Assembly: GCF_000189555.1 (NCBI RefSeq)
Contig: NC_017276.1
DNA length: 64,000 nt
DNA from: Saccharolobus islandicus REY15A
Lineage (GTDB): Archaea; Thermoproteota; Thermoprotei_A; Sulfolobales; Sulfolobaceae
Strand: one strand, 5' to 3'
The notes below the pieces were generated by a model. It was not told the origin of the DNA and did not search any database. It was given only the letters and a program-made list of their open reading frames with translations. Below, one piece after another: positions 12,202 to 22,834 of the stretch; positions within the stretch are counted from its first letter, which is position 1; each line of letters starts with the position of its first letter. Made by a program: the position numbers and the translations under genes.

Positions 12202-12248
12202 AATTGTAGAAAGAATACTTAAAAACTATTATGCAAATATAAACTTGT

Positions 12249-13949
12249 ATGGAAAAGATCGAATACGATGCAGTTGTAATTGGAGGAGGACTAGCTGGCT
12301 TAATGAGTGCACATGAGATAGCCTCTGCTGGTTTTAAAGTTGCTGTTATTTCAAAGGTGTTTCCCACAAGGTCACACTCTGCTGCTGCAGAAGGTGGAAT
12401 AGCTGCCTACATTCCCGGCAATTCAGATCCAAATGATAACCCAGATTATATGACATATGATACAGTTAAAGGAGGAGATTATTTAGTAGATCAAGACGCG
12501 GCAGAGTTACTTTCTAACAAATCCGGAGAAATAGTAATGCTACTGGAAAGATGGGGGGCTCTATTCAATAGGCAACCTGATGGCAGAGTCGCAGTTAGAT
12601 ATTTTGGAGGACAGACCTATCCGAGGACTAGATTTGTGGGAGATAAAACAGGTATGGCGCTTTTGCATACGCTTTTTGAAAGGACTTCCGGTCTAAATGT
12701 GGATTTTTACAACGAGTGGTTCTCCTTAGACTTAGTTACTGATAATAAAAAGGTAGTTGGTATAGTAGCAATGCAAATGAAGACGCTGACTCCATTCTTC
12801 TTTAAGACAAAGGCTGTCGTATTGGCAACTGGAGGAATGGGGATGCTGTATAGGCATACAACCAATAGTTACATTAACACTGGTGATGGCTTCGGAATTG
12901 CATTAAGAGCGGGAGCTGCGTTAAAAGATCCAGAATTTGTGCAATTTCATCCCACAGCATTATACCCATCAGACGTTCTTATTAGTGAAGCCGCTAGAGG
13001 AGAAGGTGGGATACTGAAAAATGTTAAAGGAGAAAGATTTATGACGAAATATGCTCCCAAAAAGCTAGATCTAGCGCCTAGGGATATAGTTTCAAGAGCA
13101 ATCATCACCGAGATAAGGGAAGGAAGAGGGTTCCCTGGTGAATATGTTGGCTTAGATTTGACTCATTTAGGTGAAGAATATATTAAAGAAAGGTTAGCTT
13201 TAGCTGTAGAAGCTGCAAAAAGTTTTGCAAGTGTTGATGCGTTTACTGAGCCTATTCCAGTCAGGCCCGCTCAGCATTATTATATGGGAGGAATAGATGT
13301 GGATATAGATGGGAGGAATCCGGATATTGTGGGATTATTCTCTGCAGGTGAAGCAGCTTGTGTATCAGTACATGGGGCTAATAGATTAGGCTCAAATTCA
13401 CTTCTGGACACTTTAGTATTTGGCCAAGTTACAGGTAGAACTGTTGTACAATTTCTTAAGTCTAATCCAGGTAACCCCACATCAAATTATGAGAAAGAGG
13501 CTGAGAAAGTTGTTGATGACGCTTACAAGTTCGTAAAGAGCGAGAGTGGTGTGCATTTTGGCCAAATATTAGAAAAGCTAAGAGATACAATGTGGGATTA
13601 TGTTGGAATATATAGAGATGAGGGTGGTCTACTAAATGCAATGTCCGAGATAAATAAATTAAGAGGTATGATTAGTAATATGTATGTTACAGATAAGAGT
13701 AAAGTCTATAATACAGAATTCTTTAACGCTCTTGAATTAAGGAATATGTTAGATTTAGCATTAACTATAACCAAGTCAGCTTTAGAGAGGAAAGAGTCAA
13801 GAGGGGCTCATTATAGGACGGATTATCCAGATAGAGATGATAATAATTGGTTGAAACACACGATTGCGTATTTAAGGGGTAATACGGTTGAAGTCACATT
13901 TAAACCAGTTAAAATAACCAGATGGAAGCCAGAACCTAGGGTGTATTAA
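12249..13949 (+). CDS. sdhA: Succinate dehydrogenase flavoprotein subunit
   Basis: [15 protein letters not shown] covalent-FAD His, QFHPT and [11 protein letters not shown] motifs. Confidence 0.98.
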   Translation: MEKIEYDAVVIGGGLAGLMSAHEIASAGFKVAVISKVFPTRSHSAAAEGGIAAYIPGNSDPNDNPDYMTYDTVKGGDYLVDQDAAELLSNKSGEIVMLLERWGALFNRQPDGRVAVRYFGGQTYPRTRFVGDKTGMALLHTLFERTSGLNVDFYNEWFSLDLVTDNKKVVGIVAMQMKTLTPFFFKTKAVVLATGGMGMLYRHTTNSYINTGDGFGIALRAGAALKDPEFVQFHPTALYPSDVLISEAARGEGGILKNVKGERFMTKYAPKKLDLAPRDIVSRAIITEIREGRGFPGEYVGLDLTHLGEEYIKERLALAVEAAKSFASVDAFTEPIPVRPAQHYYMGGIDVDIDGRNPDIVGLFSAGEAACVSVHGANRLGSNSLLDTLVFGQVTGRTVVQFLKSNPGNPTSNYEKEAEKVVDDAYKFVKSESGVHFGQILEKLRDTMWDYVGIYRDEGGLLNAMSEINKLRGMISNMYVTDKSKVYNTEFFNALELRNMLDLALTITKSALERKESRGAHYRTDYPDRDDNNWLKHTIAYLRGNTVEVTFKPVKITRWKPEPRVY

Positions 13950-13950
13950 A

Positions 13951-14901
13951 ATGACTCAGTCTCAAGAGGAAGAAGTTATATTAAAGGTAAAAAGATTCAA
14001 TCCCGAAAGAGGATTCTGGTGGGCGGAATATAAGCTGAAGGTTGATAGGTTTATACAATTTACGGAGGCCCTTAGGAGAATAAAGAGTGAGCAAGATCCT
14101 ACACTATCGTACAGAGCATCTTGTCATATGGCAGTATGTGGAAGTTGTGGAATGAAAATTAATGGTGAACCTAGACTGGCTTGTAAAACGTTAGTTTTAG
14201 ATGTCGCCAAAAAATATAACAGCCATGTGATAACAATTGAGCCAATGGATTATTTTAAACCAATCAAAGACTTAATAGTAGACTGGGATGAGTTTTACGA
14301 AAGGATGTTCAAGGTAAAACCAAGATTATATCAGGCTAAAGAGGTATTAGAGGGTAAAGCTGAACATAGACTTAAACCCGAAGATCAGAAAGAGTTATGG
14401 AAATTCGCTCAATGCATATGGTGTGGATTATGTGTCTCAGCTTGTCCAGCGGTTATAATAGATCAGCAATTTTTAGGACCAGCTGCTCATGCTAAAGGTT
14501 ATAGGTTTTTAGCTGATCCAAGGGATACAATAACCGAAGAGAGAATGAAAATATTAATTGATAGTTCATGGCGTTGTACTTATTGCTATCAATGCTTTAA
14601 TGTGTGTCCAAGAGATATAGAGCCAGTGACTGCAATAAAGAAAACTAGAAGCTTTACTAGAATATACAAGGCCAAATCAGAAGTAGCAGAAAGAGGCGAA
14701 AATCATGTTGAGGCTATTCATGAATCTATATTTAAAACTGGAAAGCTCTCTGAAGCAACAGTATATTTAAAGACCTACGGAGTGTTGCAATCCCTTATTG
14801 ATCTAGTGTATATGTCGAGGGCAGGAAAGCTTAAGTACATATTAGTTCAAGAGAAACCCGTACAAAATATAAACGAAATTAAAAAGATAATAGGTGAGTG
14901 A
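13951..14901 (+). CDS. sdhB: Succinate dehydrogenase iron-sulfur subunit
   Basis: [10 protein letters not shown] 2Fe-2S motif and two CxxCxxC clusters. Confidence 0.97.
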   Translation: MTQSQEEEVILKVKRFNPERGFWWAEYKLKVDRFIQFTEALRRIKSEQDPTLSYRASCHMAVCGSCGMKINGEPRLACKTLVLDVAKKYNSHVITIEPMDYFKPIKDLIVDWDEFYERMFKVKPRLYQAKEVLEGKAEHRLKPEDQKELWKFAQCIWCGLCVSACPAVIIDQQFLGPAAHAKGYRFLADPRDTITEERMKILIDSSWRCTYCYQCFNVCPRDIEPVTAIKKTRSFTRIYKAKSEVAERGENHVEAIHESIFKTGKLSEATVYLKTYGVLQSLIDLVYMSRAGKLKYILVQEKPVQNINEIKKIIGE

Positions 14902-15779
14902 TAAGAATGAAAATAGCTTACTATCCTGGATGTGCAGCCCATGGTTTATCTAAGGATGTAGATATAGCAACAAAAAAGGTAGCAGAAGTACTTGGAGTTG
15001 AGCTGATAGAAGTACCAGATTGGAACTGTTGTGGTGGTGGATTTTATGACGAATATGATGAAGTTGGTCATGTGGCTCTTAACTTAAGGAATTTATCACA
15101 AGTAGAAAAGATGGGTCTTACGAAGATGGTAACACCTTGTAGCGTATGTCTTCATAGCCATAGACTAGCAACATACAAATATAAGGAAGATAGAGATATT
15201 AAAAGAAAGACTGATAAAAGACTAGAAGGCACTTCAGTTAAATATGAGGGAAAGGTGGATGCGGAACATATAGTTTGGGTTTTATTAAGAGATGTAGGAG
15301 TAGAGAATATTAAGAAACACGTTAAGAAAACTTTAACTGGACTTAAAGTAGGCACTTATTACGGATGTCAAATGCTAAGACCAGAACAAATAATGGGATT
15401 TGAGAAGGCATACAATCCCACTAGTTTATCTGAATTGGTTGCAGTAACTGGAGCTATACCAGTTCCTTTCCCTACCATGACCTCATGTTGCGGATTTCCC
15501 CTAGTTGGAAGCAATCCTAAGGGCGCTTTAAAGTTAGCATTTAACGTTCTTAATGGTGCCAAACAAGCTGGAGCTGATTTAGTAATACACCCGTGTAGTT
15601 TATGTCATCTTCAGCTGGACTCTTTACAGTTAAAGGTTAAGGCTGAATTTAACGTAAGTTGGACTATGCCTGCAATATATGTAACACAACTATTGGGTTT
15701 ATCCTTTGGTTTCAGTCCTGAAGAACTAGGAATAGGAAAGATTGCAATTGACGTATTACGAAATAAGGGAGTGATATAA
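14898..15779 (+). CDS. sdhC: Succinate dehydrogenase Cys-rich CCG-domain anchor subunit (SdhE-type)
   Basis: YYPGC, CCGGG and CCG motifs (HdrB-like) in the sdh operon. Confidence 0.95.
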   Translation: MIRMKIAYYPGCAAHGLSKDVDIATKKVAEVLGVELIEVPDWNCCGGGFYDEYDEVGHVALNLRNLSQVEKMGLTKMVTPCSVCLHSHRLATYKYKEDRDIKRKTDKRLEGTSVKYEGKVDAEHIVWVLLRDVGVENIKKHVKKTLTGLKVGTYYGCQMLRPEQIMGFEKAYNPTSLSELVAVTGAIPVPFPTMTSCCGFPLVGSNPKGALKLAFNVLNGAKQAGADLVIHPCSLCHLQLDSLQLKVKAEFNVSWTMPAIYVTQLLGLSFGFSPEELGIGKIAIDVLRNKGVI

Positions 15780-16145
15780 ATGAGTGAGGAAATTAAGAAA
15801 ATTATTCAAGATGTTGGAGGAAAGCCGGAGGAATGGATTAGTGTTTCCGAAAGGCCGGGGAAGGAACCATTTGCTAAGGAACTTAATTATATTTTTAATG
15901 ATTATTTCTGGGGTAAAGTTCATGTTAGGAATGAAGGAGATATTTACGTTCTTGTAATCTCAAAGGACGTATTCAATTGGAAAGATAGAATAAAGGATTT
16001 GAAACTCAGTGGCGAGGTTGTGGATGCCGCTGGGGGTTTAATGTGGATCCAAGAGTTTGACATCCAAGGGTTAAAAAGAGATTTCGCGTCCTTAAAGACT
16101 TTCATAGAAAATATAAGAAAGCAGAAACAACAGAAAACTTCATAA
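15780..16145 (+). CDS. sdhD: Succinate dehydrogenase small hydrophilic subunit (SdhF-type)
   Basis: Fourth gene of the Sulfolobales sdh operon with a GTGA SD. Confidence 0.85.
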   Translation: MSEEIKKIIQDVGGKPEEWISVSERPGKEPFAKELNYIFNDYFWGKVHVRNEGDIYVLVISKDVFNWKDRIKDLKLSGEVVDAAGGLMWIQEFDIQGLKRDFASLKTFIENIRKQKQQKTS

Positions 16146-16168
16146 TGTTTTTATTATATATTTAACAT

Positions 16169-16221
16169 GGCCATACTCAGCAGACGCCCACGTGTCCCGT
16201 GGGGGGAGTGAAGTTGAGGCC
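16169..16221 (+). ncRNA. GC-rich hairpin with K-turn-like motif; candidate ncRNA or IS remnant
   Basis: CTCAGC/GTTGAG and CCCAC/GTGGG stems with tandem GA/GA and a bulge, in an AT-rich gap between convergent genes. Confidence 0.5.
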
Positions 16222-16229
16222 TCCTCTTT

Positions 16230-17588
16230 TTAACTTTCTACCACTTTCAATAGGTCTTCGTGATCTAGTTTGTACGTTATTAAGTACTCATCAGACACTC
16301 TTCTAAGATCGGCATTATCTCCCCTAATCATTACACTTATCAATTGAGAATTGGCCTCTTTTAATGATCTTCTCACAGTAGTTTCTGCAATTTTATCTTC
16401 TCCATCTGTTAATAATATTATTTCACTAACTCCCTTAACGTGGCCTTCCTTTATATCTTCGCAAGCAGATATGATTGATCTGCTTATATCTGTACCGCCT
16501 CCTCCTCTTATTTTCCCTATGTACTCAACCATTTTTATGATGTCTTTACTCTTAGCGTTCTTTTGAACTTTTATCAACGGATATGGAATGTTATCAAAGA
16601 ATCTAAGGTAGAAATCTCTATTTTCTCTTTTCGCCCTACTATACAATGCTAACGCTACAGCTTTGGCCCATAATATTTTCTCTCCATCCATACTTCCCGA
16701 TTTATCAAGTAACAGATATATAGGACCTAACGTTTCTTTAATCTGTTTTTGATATAATAACAACTGACCTTCTGCTAATTTCAAGTAAAAGAGCATATCT
16801 GGTAAGGCTAATTCGGAATAGACTATTCTCTCAATATCACTTCCCTCTTCATATCCGTAAAGTTCACCTTTCGAGAATCTAGTTGTCCTCCTCTTAGTAA
16901 TACTACCTAATTTTGGAATGCCGCTTAAAAACTCTAAGATCTTCTTAATTTCAGTATTCCTTGCAAGTCTTAATACTTCATGAATTTCTCCTTCAAATGT
17001 TAAAACACTCCCAGTGCCTGCCCCATTCCCTCCAACGATTTTTTGCATATTTCTAACTGAATTGGCATCTTCTATGGCCTTAGACATTGCCTTCTCATGA
17101 GCTTGTCTAAGGACTTTTTCCATGGACTGTTGGTTTGTGTTCTTTTGTTCTTTCCCTTCTTTCGAAGAGCTACCTTTCATTAAACCGTTTAGTATTTCTT
17201 CAGCTGCTTCCCTCTCCTCCATAGACTGAGAAGTTTTCTTTATTCTTTCTAACTCCTCAATCAGATTTTGGACGTAACTTACGGTTAAGGCTAAGCTTAC
17301 GGCAGAGTTCACAATTGAGTATTCCCTATTTTTTAGAACCACGTCAGAAGATAGGGTAGAATTCACTAAAGAATACGCTATTTCTTTATTCTTTTCTATT
17401 TCGCTTTTTCCTTTAGTTATTGGTAATGGTAAATAGTGTACATAATAAGTATCGACTAAAAACGTTTCATTTAGTTGGACATCTCTTCCTAGTAATTTTT
17501 TCAAAGTATAGGAGATTCTCTCTCCTCTATATTTAACTAGAGGATCCTTATAATCTATTCCTCTTAATACACCTTCCTCTTCACTCAT
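16230..17588 (-). CDS. vWA domain protein (ViaA/CoxE-like)
   Basis: MIDAS motif DKSGSM, GGGTDI and LLTDGE; paired with MoxR. Confidence 0.93.
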   Translation of the reverse strand: MSEEEGVLRGIDYKDPLVKYRGERISYTLKKLLGRDVQLNETFLVDTYYVHYLPLPITKGKSEIEKNKEIAYSLVNSTLSSDVVLKNREYSIVNSAVSLALTVSYVQNLIEELERIKKTSQSMEEREAAEEILNGLMKGSSSKEGKEQKNTNQQSMEKVLRQAHEKAMSKAIEDANSVRNMQKIVGGNGAGTGSVLTFEGEIHEVLRLARNTEIKKILEFLSGIPKLGSITKRRTTRFSKGELYGYEEGSDIERIVYSELALPDMLFYLKLAEGQLLLYQKQIKETLGPIYLLLDKSGSMDGEKILWAKAVALALYSRAKRENRDFYLRFFDNIPYPLIKVQKNAKSKDIIKMVEYIGKIRGGGGTDISRSIISACEDIKEGHVKGVSEIILLTDGEDKIAETTVRRSLKEANSQLISVMIRGDNADLRRVSDEYLITYKLDHEDLLKVVES

Positions 17589-18733
17589 GGATAAATCCCT
17601 AATTTTCTAGCCACTTTTTCTATTAATTTGTCTATTTCACTTAAAACCTCTTTGGAAAACTCTTCGACTTTTTCGTCACCACTTTCTTTGCCTAAAGCTA
17701 CTATCCTGTCCCTAGTTGCCCTTAGACTTCTAATTAATTCAATTAATCTTGGATCGGACTCATTTGCTGCTTCAACGTATTTTGCTGCTTCCTTAATATT
17801 ATTATATATCTCATTCAATTCCTTCATGTATTTAATTGGTGTCTTTAACTCTTCAGATAATAATGCAGCTACTTTTTCAAAGTCATCTATCTCCCTCGGA
17901 GCTATATATTTTAAAACTATTAGATCTTCTTCAGTAGCCTTCAGTCTACTATTTAATATTGCATGTGCAGAAACCACTTTTAGAACTTTACCCTTTCTTC
18001 TATCTGATAAGTGGATCCCTTTTTCCTCTAGCATTGCATATAGTTTTAATAATTTGTTTTTAACTCCAGACAGATCAACTTGGGATAAATATGAGTATAG
18101 TTTATCTAGATGCTCTATATTCATTATAGGCTCTTTAACCGCCCATCTATTAGTAAATTCTATTTCCCATGTTGCATCTAATAACTGTTTCCATAATTCC
18201 TCTCCCACAGGTCTAGCATAATGTCTTAAGAGTAGTCTATCGTAAAGTGCCTCCAATTCTGGTTCATCTGGTACTCTATTGCTTGCTGATATTAGAGTCC
18301 TTAGGGGTACTTTTATCACGTTGTAACCATCATAGATTACTCTTTCGTTTAACAACGATAATAAAGCGTTAAGTATTGCAGAGTTCGCATTAAATATTTC
18401 ATCTAGAAATGCTATTTGGCTCTCAGGTAATCGATCTTTTGTAATTCTCTTATATTGTCCTTCTTTTAAAGCATTTATATCAAGCGCTCCAAATAATTCT
18501 GCAGGCTCTGTATACTTCGTTAATAAGTACATGAAGAATTTAGCATTCAACAATTCTGCAGCTCTTCTTGCTAGCGCTGACTTCGCAGTACCCGGCTCAC
18601 CTATTAGTATTACATGCTCTTTACTAAGTAAAGCTAATGTAATCACTTTTGCCTCTTCTTCTCTTCCTATAAATGGTGCCATTAAAGACTCCATGAATTT
18701 CTTGGGTAACTCAAGTAATGTCTTTTCACTCAA
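17585..18733 (-). CDS. MoxR/RavA-family AAA+ ATPase
   Basis: GEPGTAKS Walker A, FLDEI Walker B, ASN and ALYDR motifs. Confidence 0.95.
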   Translation of the reverse strand: MSEKTLLELPKKFMESLMAPFIGREEEAKVITLALLSKEHVILIGEPGTAKSALARRAAELLNAKFFMYLLTKYTEPAELFGALDINALKEGQYKRITKDRLPESQIAFLDEIFNANSAILNALLSLLNERVIYDGYNVIKVPLRTLISASNRVPDEPELEALYDRLLLRHYARPVGEELWKQLLDATWEIEFTNRWAVKEPIMNIEHLDKLYSYLSQVDLSGVKNKLLKLYAMLEEKGIHLSDRRKGKVLKVVSAHAILNSRLKATEEDLIVLKYIAPREIDDFEKVAALLSEELKTPIKYMKELNEIYNNIKEAAKYVEAANESDPRLIELIRSLRATRDRIVALGKESGDEKVEEFSKEVLSEIDKLIEKVARKLGIYP

Positions 18734-19169
18734 TTTTATCCCATTCTTTACTTCTCAATTTTAGCTTATAAACAAAAATTAAGAACGACTTCTTATGAAG
18801 AAGAAAACTTTGATCCTTTAGTATAGGAAGTAAGATCTAATACGTTAGCTTTGATATTGCCCTTACATCTCATGAAATTTATACTACTAATTTAAGAAAT
18901 ATTGAAAATTTTTCTTATATCCAAATATATAGGAAATAGTGCATGAAGATGAAAAAAATGATTCTTGTTTTAGCTATGGCCACTCGTCATAACCCTTCTG
19001 TAGTGATTTGTCTAGTATATTATCTAAAATTCTTTGGTTTATAGATGCTAATTCACTTGACTCTTCTTGATCCTTCATCTTCAATTCTTTTTAACATCCT
19101 TTCATTAGCACATAGATTTATAAATGGATAAAATGATAGTAGAAATAACAAATCTGTGAGTCGAGTCGA

Positions 19170-19616
19170 ATGGGAGAAAAAGTAGGTAACCTAAAACCAA
19201 ATATGGAAAGCGTAGATGTAACCGTAAGAGTTTTGGAAGCAAGTGAAGCAAGGCAAATACAGACAAAAAATGGTGTTAGGACTATAAGTGAAGCTATTGT
19301 TGGAGATGAAACAGGCAGAGTAAAGTTAACATTATGGGGAAAACATGCTGGTAGTATAAAAGAAGGTCAAGTAGTAAAAATAGAAAATGCTTGGACTACT
19401 GCTTTTAAGGGTCAAGTACAGTTAAATGCTGGGAGTAAAACTAAGATAGCTGAAGCTTCAGAAGATGGATTTCCAGATTCATCTCAAATACCAGAAAACA
19501 CGCCAACAGCTCCTCAGCAAATGCGTGGAGGAGGAAGGGGATTTCGCGGTGGTGGAAGAAGATATGGAAGAAGAGGCGGAAGAAGACAAGAAAACGAGGA
19601 AGGTGAAGAAGAGTGA
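19170..19616 (+). CDS. ssb: Crenarchaeal single-stranded DNA-binding protein
   Basis: Single OB fold (VGDETG, LTLWG) followed by an RG-rich and acidic tail. Confidence 0.98.
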   Translation: MGEKVGNLKPNMESVDVTVRVLEASEARQIQTKNGVRTISEAIVGDETGRVKLTLWGKHAGSIKEGQVVKIENAWTTAFKGQVQLNAGSKTKIAEASEDGFPDSSQIPENTPTAPQQMRGGGRGFRGGGRRYGRRGGRRQENEEGEEE

Positions 19617-19894
19617 ATTTTGAAGATGTAAAAGACAAAAAACCAAAGAAAATAGGAGAATTAATCGATAGAAGCGAAGAGAATGAAAATTATATAGTAA
19701 AAGTAGCTGAAGATAAAGTATATGAGCTTGCTCCAATAGCTTATTATATTTGGACTATGTGTGATGGTAATAAAAGCGTGGATGAGATAGTTAATGAATT
19801 AAGCAAAGAGGCAAATTTAGATATATCGCAAGTTCGTGATCCCGTAGTAATGGTATTAGACGAGTTAGAAAAGGCGTCTCTCATAGCTTTTTAA
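19613..19894 (+). CDS. PqqD-family (RRE-like) protein
   Basis: [28 protein letters not shown] signature; GTGA overlap with ssb. Confidence 0.85.
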   Translation: MNFEDVKDKKPKKIGELIDRSEENENYIVKVAEDKVYELAPIAYYIWTMCDGNKSVDEIVNELSKEANLDISQVRDPVVMVLDELEKASLIAF

Positions 19895-19919
19895 TCGTAT
19901 AAGATATTGTTTTTTTTAT

Positions 19920-21560
19920 ATGAGAGTGTTTGTTGGAGACGAATCATTATATTCAATAGATGAGGCAATAAAAGTCTACTTATCATCATTAAATTTCACT
20001 CCTAAAATCGTAAAAGTAGAAGTAAAGGACTCTTTCGGTTACGTATCTGCAGAAGACCTTATGTCGCCTATTGATTATCCTCCATTTTCAAGATCAAACG
20101 TAGATGGTTACGCCCTAAAATCTTCATGCACGCCTGGAGAGCTAAAAGTAATAGATAGAATAGGAATTGGAGAGTTTAAAGAAATTCACATAAAAGAATG
20201 TGTGGCAGTTGAAGTAGATACTGGTGCAATGATTCCAATGGGTGCAGATGCTGTAATAAAAGTTGAAAATGTCAAACTAATCAATGGTAATTTCATAAAA
20301 ATAGACAAAAAGATTAACTTTGGCCAAAATATTGGGTGGATAGGGAGTGATATTCCTAAAAACTCAATTATATTGAGAAAAGGCGAAGTAATTTCTCATG
20401 AAAAGATTGGTTTGCTAGCCTCATTAGGGATAAGTAGTATAAAAGTTTATGAAAAGTTAAAGATATATTTAATCGCGACGGGGGATGAGCTAGTTGAACC
20501 TGGTAACTCCTTGTCTCCAGGTAAAATTTACGAGTCTAATCTACACTACTTATATTCTAAGCTCAAAGAAAATTACAAAATAGTCGGTCTTTCATTACTT
20601 AGCGATGATATAAGGAGTATCAAGAATGAGATAAAGAGGGCTATCTCAGTTGCTGATGTTTTGATACTGACTGGCGGTACTAGCGCTGGGGAAAAAGATT
20701 TCGTTCATAGAGCTATAAGAGAGTTAGGCAATATAATAGTTCATGGTATAAAGATTAAACCTGGAAAGCCTACCATTTTAGGAATCGTAGATGGTAAGCC
20801 AGTAATTGGATTACCTGGGAATATAGTATCTTCAATGGTTGTATTGAATATGGTTATTTTGGAAATTCTGAAAAGTCTTTATCCTTCTCGTAAAGAAATA
20901 CTTGGGTTAGGTAAAATTAAAGCTAGATTAGCACTACGCGTTAAAGCTGATGAACATAGAAATACTCTGATTCCAGTTTATTTATTTAGGAGTATTGATA
21001 ATTCCTATTATGCTCTTCCAGTAAAGTTCGATAGCTATATGGTAGGTACTTTTTCCTTAACTGAGGGTTATATAATGCTTGGACCTAACGAAGAAATTGA
21101 AGAAGGTAAGGAAGTCGAGGTTGATGTGAAGAAGTTTGATGATTCGATATCTATTATAGGAGAGGAGGATAAGAGAATCCTTAATTTAGATACAAAAAAT
21201 GTGTTGCTTGGTTCCTTACCCGCAAGTAAAGCTATTGATTATAAATTTGGGGACGTTGCAGTTATTAGTTCATTATTTACTGAACCCATAGAGAATTATG
21301 ATAAAGTACTCTGTAGACAAATTCTAGTTAATGGTGAGGGAGAGGAAATAGGCTATGATGATTGGATTGGGATGTCTAAAATTGTTAAGAACCCGGTAGT
21401 GAAGTTAAAATCTCCTTCTACAATTTACTCGTTAGTAGGTAAGGCAAGGGTTTATGCTCCAGAAGGTTATATAGTAGGTGATAAGGTAGCTGAGGAATGT
21501 TTATACATGATAGGAATTAGTGAGAGGGGTAAGAGGTATCTAAGTACAATAAAAGTATAG
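19920..21560 (+). CDS. moeA: Molybdopterin molybdenumtransferase with C-terminal extension
   Basis: PPFSRSNVDGYA, TGAMIP, TGDEL and KIKPGKP motifs. Confidence 0.95.
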   Translation: MRVFVGDESLYSIDEAIKVYLSSLNFTPKIVKVEVKDSFGYVSAEDLMSPIDYPPFSRSNVDGYALKSSCTPGELKVIDRIGIGEFKEIHIKECVAVEVDTGAMIPMGADAVIKVENVKLINGNFIKIDKKINFGQNIGWIGSDIPKNSIILRKGEVISHEKIGLLASLGISSIKVYEKLKIYLIATGDELVEPGNSLSPGKIYESNLHYLYSKLKENYKIVGLSLLSDDIRSIKNEIKRAISVADVLILTGGTSAGEKDFVHRAIRELGNIIVHGIKIKPGKPTILGIVDGKPVIGLPGNIVSSMVVLNMVILEILKSLYPSRKEILGLGKIKARLALRVKADEHRNTLIPVYLFRSIDNSYYALPVKFDSYMVGTFSLTEGYIMLGPNEEIEEGKEVEVDVKKFDDSISIIGEEDKRILNLDTKNVLLGSLPASKAIDYKFGDVAVISSLFTEPIENYDKVLCRQILVNGEGEEIGYDDWIGMSKIVKNPVVKLKSPSTIYSLVGKARVYAPEGYIVGDKVAEECLYMIGISERGKRYLSTIKV

Positions 21561-21602
21561 TACTTAACTAATAATAATATGAGAATACTGGACGTAAAAT
21601 AA

Positions 21603-21619
21603 TTAGAGTAATACTCTAA
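21603..21619. promoter_or_regulatory. 17-bp perfect palindrome TTAGAGTA-A-TACTCTAA, candidate operator
   Basis: Seen directly in the moeA-thrB gap. Confidence 0.4.
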
Positions 21620-21898
21620 ACTACTTAAAGATTTAACATATAATGTGTTCTTGATCTGAGTAAATCGAATGCGATCCATAAACTAATAATGAATGATGTA
21701 AGAGAACTTCATCCTTTTTTAGTAGAGGATAAGTTAGAATGCAAAGTTATCGCTTTAGGACGAGAACAATATCAAAAGAATAATAAGATGTGCGAGATCT
21801 TATTAGATAGTATAATTTGTTTTATATCATCAAAATCTATCTTATGTAGCCTCTTACAAGATAATAAGAAATTTATAAGTATTATTATTATTTAGGTT

Positions 21899-22834
21899 GT
21901 GGAATGTAAAAGAGCTAGGGCATATTCGAGTTCAGCTAATTTAGGTTCAGGCTTTGATATATTATCAATGGCGCATACTGCGTTTTTTGACACTGTCGAA
22001 ATATGCGTTGAGACTAAGAATTCAGAAAATATTGTGATCGAAAGTAATTCAAAAATTCCGCTTGAACCAAATAGGAACTCGGCTACTTATCCATTAGTTA
22101 GAATTATGGAAGAAAGAGGGATAAAGGCTAGTCTTAGAGTTAAAGTGATAAAGGGTATTCCGGAGGGTTTAGGATTAGGGAGTAGCGGAGCGTCGGCAAC
22201 TGCAGCTGTTATGGCGTTTAGTAGTTTATTTAATCTAAACTTATCTAAGGAGGACCTAGTTAGGTATGCGATGTACGGGGAGATCGCTTCTTCTGGGTCT
22301 CCTCATCCAGATAATGTCGCCGCTAGTGTTTTCGGCGGAGTTGTCTCCGTAGTTTCCGTTAATCCGGTTAAGGTTGTTGAAATTCCTTTAAATTACTCAT
22401 TTAATATTTTGCTTTTCGTCCCATTAAATGTACATATTGAAGAGAAAACTAAGAAGGCCAGAGAAATGGTACCTAAAACAGTTAAACTTTCTGATTATAT
22501 AAATAATTCAAGATATATCTCCTCTTTGCTAATTGGCTTCGTTAAAGGAGAGAGGGATCTGATAAGATTAGGCTTAAATGACGAAATTGTGGAGAAAGCT
22601 CGACTTCCCTTATTCCCATACTATCCTAAAATTAAAGAAATCGCGATAAAATACGACGCAGTAGGATCTTGTGTAAGTGGCGCGGGTCCTTCAATCTTAG
22701 TTTTGACCGATAAAATGACCGATGAAAATAAAATTGCAGAAGAGGGTACTAAAACTTGTAATGAATTTAATGTTGAATGTGAAGTTATCAAAGCTAAAAT
22801 TGCTGGAGGTGTAGAGGTTGAAAGACGCAACTAG
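21899..22834 (+). CDS. thrB: Homoserine kinase
   Basis: SANLGSGFD, GLGLGSSG GHMP motif, HPDN and SGAGPS; leaderless with TTTATAAG at 21872. Confidence 0.97.
   Translation: MECKRARAYSSSANLGSGFDILSMAHTAFFDTVEICVETKNSENIVIESNSKIPLEPNRNSATYPLVRIMEERGIKASLRVKVIKGIPEGLGLGSSGASATAAVMAFSSLFNLNLSKEDLVRYAMYGEIASSGSPHPDNVAASVFGGVVSVVSVNPVKVVEIPLNYSFNILLFVPLNVHIEEKTKKAREMVPKTVKLSDYINNSRYISSLLIGFVKGERDLIRLGLNDEIVEKARLPLFPYYPKIKEIAIKYDAVGSCVSGAGPSILVLTDKMTDENKIAEEGTKTCNEFNVECEVIKAKIAGGVEVERRN

Noticed and set aside
18734-19169. AT-rich 436-bp gap as a possible replication origin
   Set aside because: No ORB repeats are recognisable and no cdc6 or whiP gene is adjacent; divergent promoters explain it.
19520-19612. 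Purine-rich GGA/AGA repeats in ssb
   Set aside because: They encode the known RG-rich and acidic tail of crenarchaeal SSB.
21689-21895. 68-aa ORF upstream of thrB
   Set aside because: No recognisable motif and a low-complexity end that runs over the thrB TATA box; thrB has its own leaderless promoter. Left unannotated.
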